Assembly (NCBI GenBank): GCA_947085095.1
Contig: CAMTVD010000034.1
Coordinates: 1 to 40,763 of the forward strand
DNA from: an uncultured Thermus sp.
GTDB lineage: Bacteria; Deinococcota; Deinococci; Deinococcales; Thermaceae
Reading direction: 5' to 3'
Length of the DNA: 40,763 bases
In this document: positions 39,255-40,763 of the stretch, one piece after another
Position numbering within the stretch: position 1 is the first letter of the stretch
How the letters are laid out: each line of letters opens with the position of its first letter
Notes under the pieces: generated by a model
Database searches by the model: none
What the model was told of the DNA's origin: nothing
What the model saw: only the letters and a program-made list of their open reading frames with translations
Position numbers and translations under genes: made by a program

Positions 39255-39276
39255 GGCGCCCGGTCTCCCGGGCGCC
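39255..39276 (-). terminator. GC hairpin after soxZ (partial terminator or mRNA stabiliser)
   Basis: Perfect 9-bp stem ggcgcccgg/ccgggcgcc with 4-nt loop, followed by TTTAT on the minus strand. Confidence 0.55.
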
Positions 39277-39281
39277 CACGC

Positions 39282-39608
39282 TTACGCCAGCTCCAGCTTG
39301 ACCGTGCCTTCCCCTGTAGCCCCGCTTGTGTCCCTCAGCCTCACGGTGAAGGTGCCCGGCTTCTCCGCCTTGAACTTGAAGCCGTAGAGAGGGTTGGCGC
39401 TGGTGGAGGGGCCGGGGCGGGCCTCCGCCACCTTCGCCCCTTCAAAAAAGACCTCCACCTGGTTGATGTAGTTGGCGGGGATCAGGTTGCCCCGCTCGTC
39501 CCGGCGGGTGCCGGGCTCGTTGGGGTGCTGGGCCACCGCCTGCAGCCGGAACTCCTCGCCCGCCTTGGGCTTGGCCGGGGTCAGCCGTACGATCACGCGA
39601 ATGCTCAT
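39282..39608 (-). CDS. soxZ: Sulfur carrier subunit SoxZ
   Basis: QHPNEPGTRRD...IPANYI, STSANPLYGF. Confidence 0.93.
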   Translation of the reverse strand: MSIRVIVRLTPAKPKAGEEFRLQAVAQHPNEPGTRRDERGNLIPANYINQVEVFFEGAKVAEARPGPSTSANPLYGFKFKAEKPGTFTVRLRDTSGATGEGTVKLELA

Positions 39609-39620
39609 GGTCTACCTCCC

Positions 39621-40073
39621 TTAACCGCACCCGCCCACGGTAACCCGGGTGCTGGCCGAGGCCAAAAGGAACTTGCCGTCCGCCGTCTCCACCACCGCCC
39701 GGATGGCGCTGGTCTCCGCCAGGCGGACCCGGGTGGCGTAGTAGGGTAGGGCCTGCATGGGCATCAGGCTGGCCAGGCGGGGGGTGGGATTCTTGTCGGC
39801 GAAGAGGTGTATGGCCTTCACCTGGGCGGAGGGCAGGTTCACCTCTACCTCGGCGGGGACGTTGGCCCCGCTCTCGGCGATGGCGGGCATGGTGAGCTTA
39901 ACCAGATTAGAGGGGGTGAGGTCCTTGAAGCCCTTGCCCAAGGATTCCTGCAGGGCCTTCTCCAGGTTGGCCAGATCCTCGCCCTCGAGGGCCTGCGCCT
40001 TCACAGGAAGGCCAGAGAGGGCTACAGCCCCCAGGGCCATGCCGGTAGCCTTTAGAAACGCTCGCCTATCCAC
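39621..40073 (-). CDS. soxY: Sulfur carrier subunit SoxY
   Basis: Tat signal RRAFLK, PAIAESGANVP, DKNPTP, TRVRL, C-terminal VTVGGCG swinging arm; GTG 40073 after SD GGAGGT. Confidence 0.95.
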   Translation of the reverse strand: MDRRAFLKATGMALGAVALSGLPVKAQALEGEDLANLEKALQESLGKGFKDLTPSNLVKLTMPAIAESGANVPAEVEVNLPSAQVKAIHLFADKNPTPRLASLMPMQALPYYATRVRLAETSAIRAVVETADGKFLLASASTRVTVGGCG

Positions 40074-40488
40074 ACGCACCTCCTTTGGCGCACATCTGGC
40101 GCAGCTCCTCCAGGAACTGCGCCCGGGGCCGGCTGCCAAAAAACCGGCCCACCTCCTCCCACGCCCCCTTGCGGAAGGCGAGGAAGACAAAGCTGGGAAC
40201 GCCCGGCACCCGGAAGCGCCGGGCTAGGTCCTGCCCCTCGGGAGTAGCGGTGCTCACGGAGGCCACCACGTAGCGGCCCCGCAACAAGGCGTCCACCTGG
40301 GGGTCGGAAAGGACGAAGGTGTTCATCTGGTCGCAGTAGGGGCAGGCAGGGCTATGGAAGTAGACCAAAAGAAGCCGTCCGTGGGCCTGGGCCAGGGTCT
40401 GGGCCTCGGAGAGAGGGTACCAGCGCCCGAAGTCGGGGGAGGCCAAGGCGAAGCCCAGAAGCATCAGAAGGGCGACCGTTTTGCGCAT
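40066..40488 (-). CDS. soxW: Exported thioredoxin-fold protein (SoxW-like)
   Basis: Signal peptide, CPYC, FRVPGVPSFVF; first gene of the sox cluster; exact start uncertain (40488/40494). Confidence 0.8.
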   Translation of the reverse strand: MRKTVALLMLLGFALASPDFGRWYPLSEAQTLAQAHGRLLLVYFHSPACPYCDQMNTFVLSDPQVDALLRGRYVVASVSTATPEGQDLARRFRVPGVPSFVFLAFRKGAWEEVGRFFGSRPRAQFLEELRQMCAKGGACG

Positions 40489-40500
40489 GGACATCACCGC

Positions 40501-40517
40501 ATACACCGCCCGGGTAC
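40501..40517. promoter_or_regulatory. Putative CsoR/CstR-type operator ATAC-N9-GTAC in sox leader
   Basis: ATACACCGCCCGGGTAC between the -10 box and the soxW start. Confidence 0.5.
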
Positions 40518-40533
40518 ACCCGAGGACATTTGT

Positions 40534-40563
40534 ACCTTACCAAAGCAGTCAGGGAAATGTCAA
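40534..40563 (-). promoter_or_regulatory. sox operon promoter TTGACA-N18-TAAGGT with extended TG
   Basis: -35 at 40563-40558, -10 at 40539-40534. Confidence 0.65.
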
Positions 40564-40623
40564 GGCAAAGTGTCGCTCAGAACACCTTTTGTGAAGCCCT
40601 TCCCGAGGGCTTTGGCCCCTCGC

Positions 40624-40763
40624 GGTCGTGTAAGGATTTATGTGTAAGGGTCCGTGTTTAATAGGGGGGCACACCTTAGCACGAGGAGGTGCCCCGTGGA
40701 CCAGGATACCTTGCGAATCTTGCTGAGGGAAGCGGTGCGGGAGACGGTGGCCGAGGTTTTGCA
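40624..40763 (+). mobile_element. Left end of IS256-family insertion sequence (ISTth4-like), truncated by window edge
   Basis: Terminal repeat-like GGTCGTGTAAGGATTTATGTGTAAG (40624-40648), abrupt AT shift, then a transposase N-terminus. Confidence 0.8.
40696..40763 (+). CDS. IS256-family transposase, N-terminal fragment
   Basis: SD AGGAGGT, GTG; MDQDTLRILLREAVRETVAEVL matches my recollection of Thermus IS256 transposases. Confidence 0.78.
   Translation, partial: MDQDTLRILLREAVRETVAEVL

Noticed and set aside
40525..40561. GACATTT/AAATGTC inverted repeat around the sox promoter spacer
   Set aside because: Only 7 bp with a 23-nt gap, partly explained by the -35 itself; no second instance seen

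Overview
GC-rich chromosomal segment of a Thermus-like bacterium (Deinococcota). In order: 3' part of homoisocitrate dehydrogenase; pilMNOWQ competence/type IV pilus operon; aroCKB; a Phd/YefM-VapC toxin-antitoxin pair; rsmF, acpS, DUF4870, an acyltransferase, der, a CDP-alcohol phosphotransferase-like gene, cobB, nnr; thrB, DUF4388, rpsT plus the 27-aa ribosomal protein Thx (missed by the ORF track), tyrS; a ccdA-ccmABCDEFGHI-Rieske cluster; a full sox cluster (soxW-Y-Z-A-X-B-X-A-rhodanese-DUF302-soxF-C-D); and the left end of an IS256-family element at the window edge. The most unusual region is a ~1.3 kb lower-GC islet (about 16680-17965, minus strand) between nnr and thrB. A near-consensus sigma70 promoter with a (CTT)5 tract in its spacer drives a secreted 13-Cys protein with mirror-symmetric cysteine spacing. 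It is followed by a small membrane protein, an unannotated second Cys-ladder peptide interrupted by a TAG, and a second membrane protein. This layout resembles a polymorphic bacteriocin/toxin-immunity cassette array (inference). Other notable items are a putative leaderless uORF/attenuator coupled to der, twin ATACAC-N5-GGGTAY sites in the sox cluster, a bidirectional palindromic -10 box, and pervasive leaderless -10 boxes. All calls come from reading the sequence and recalled family motifs; no database search was run.
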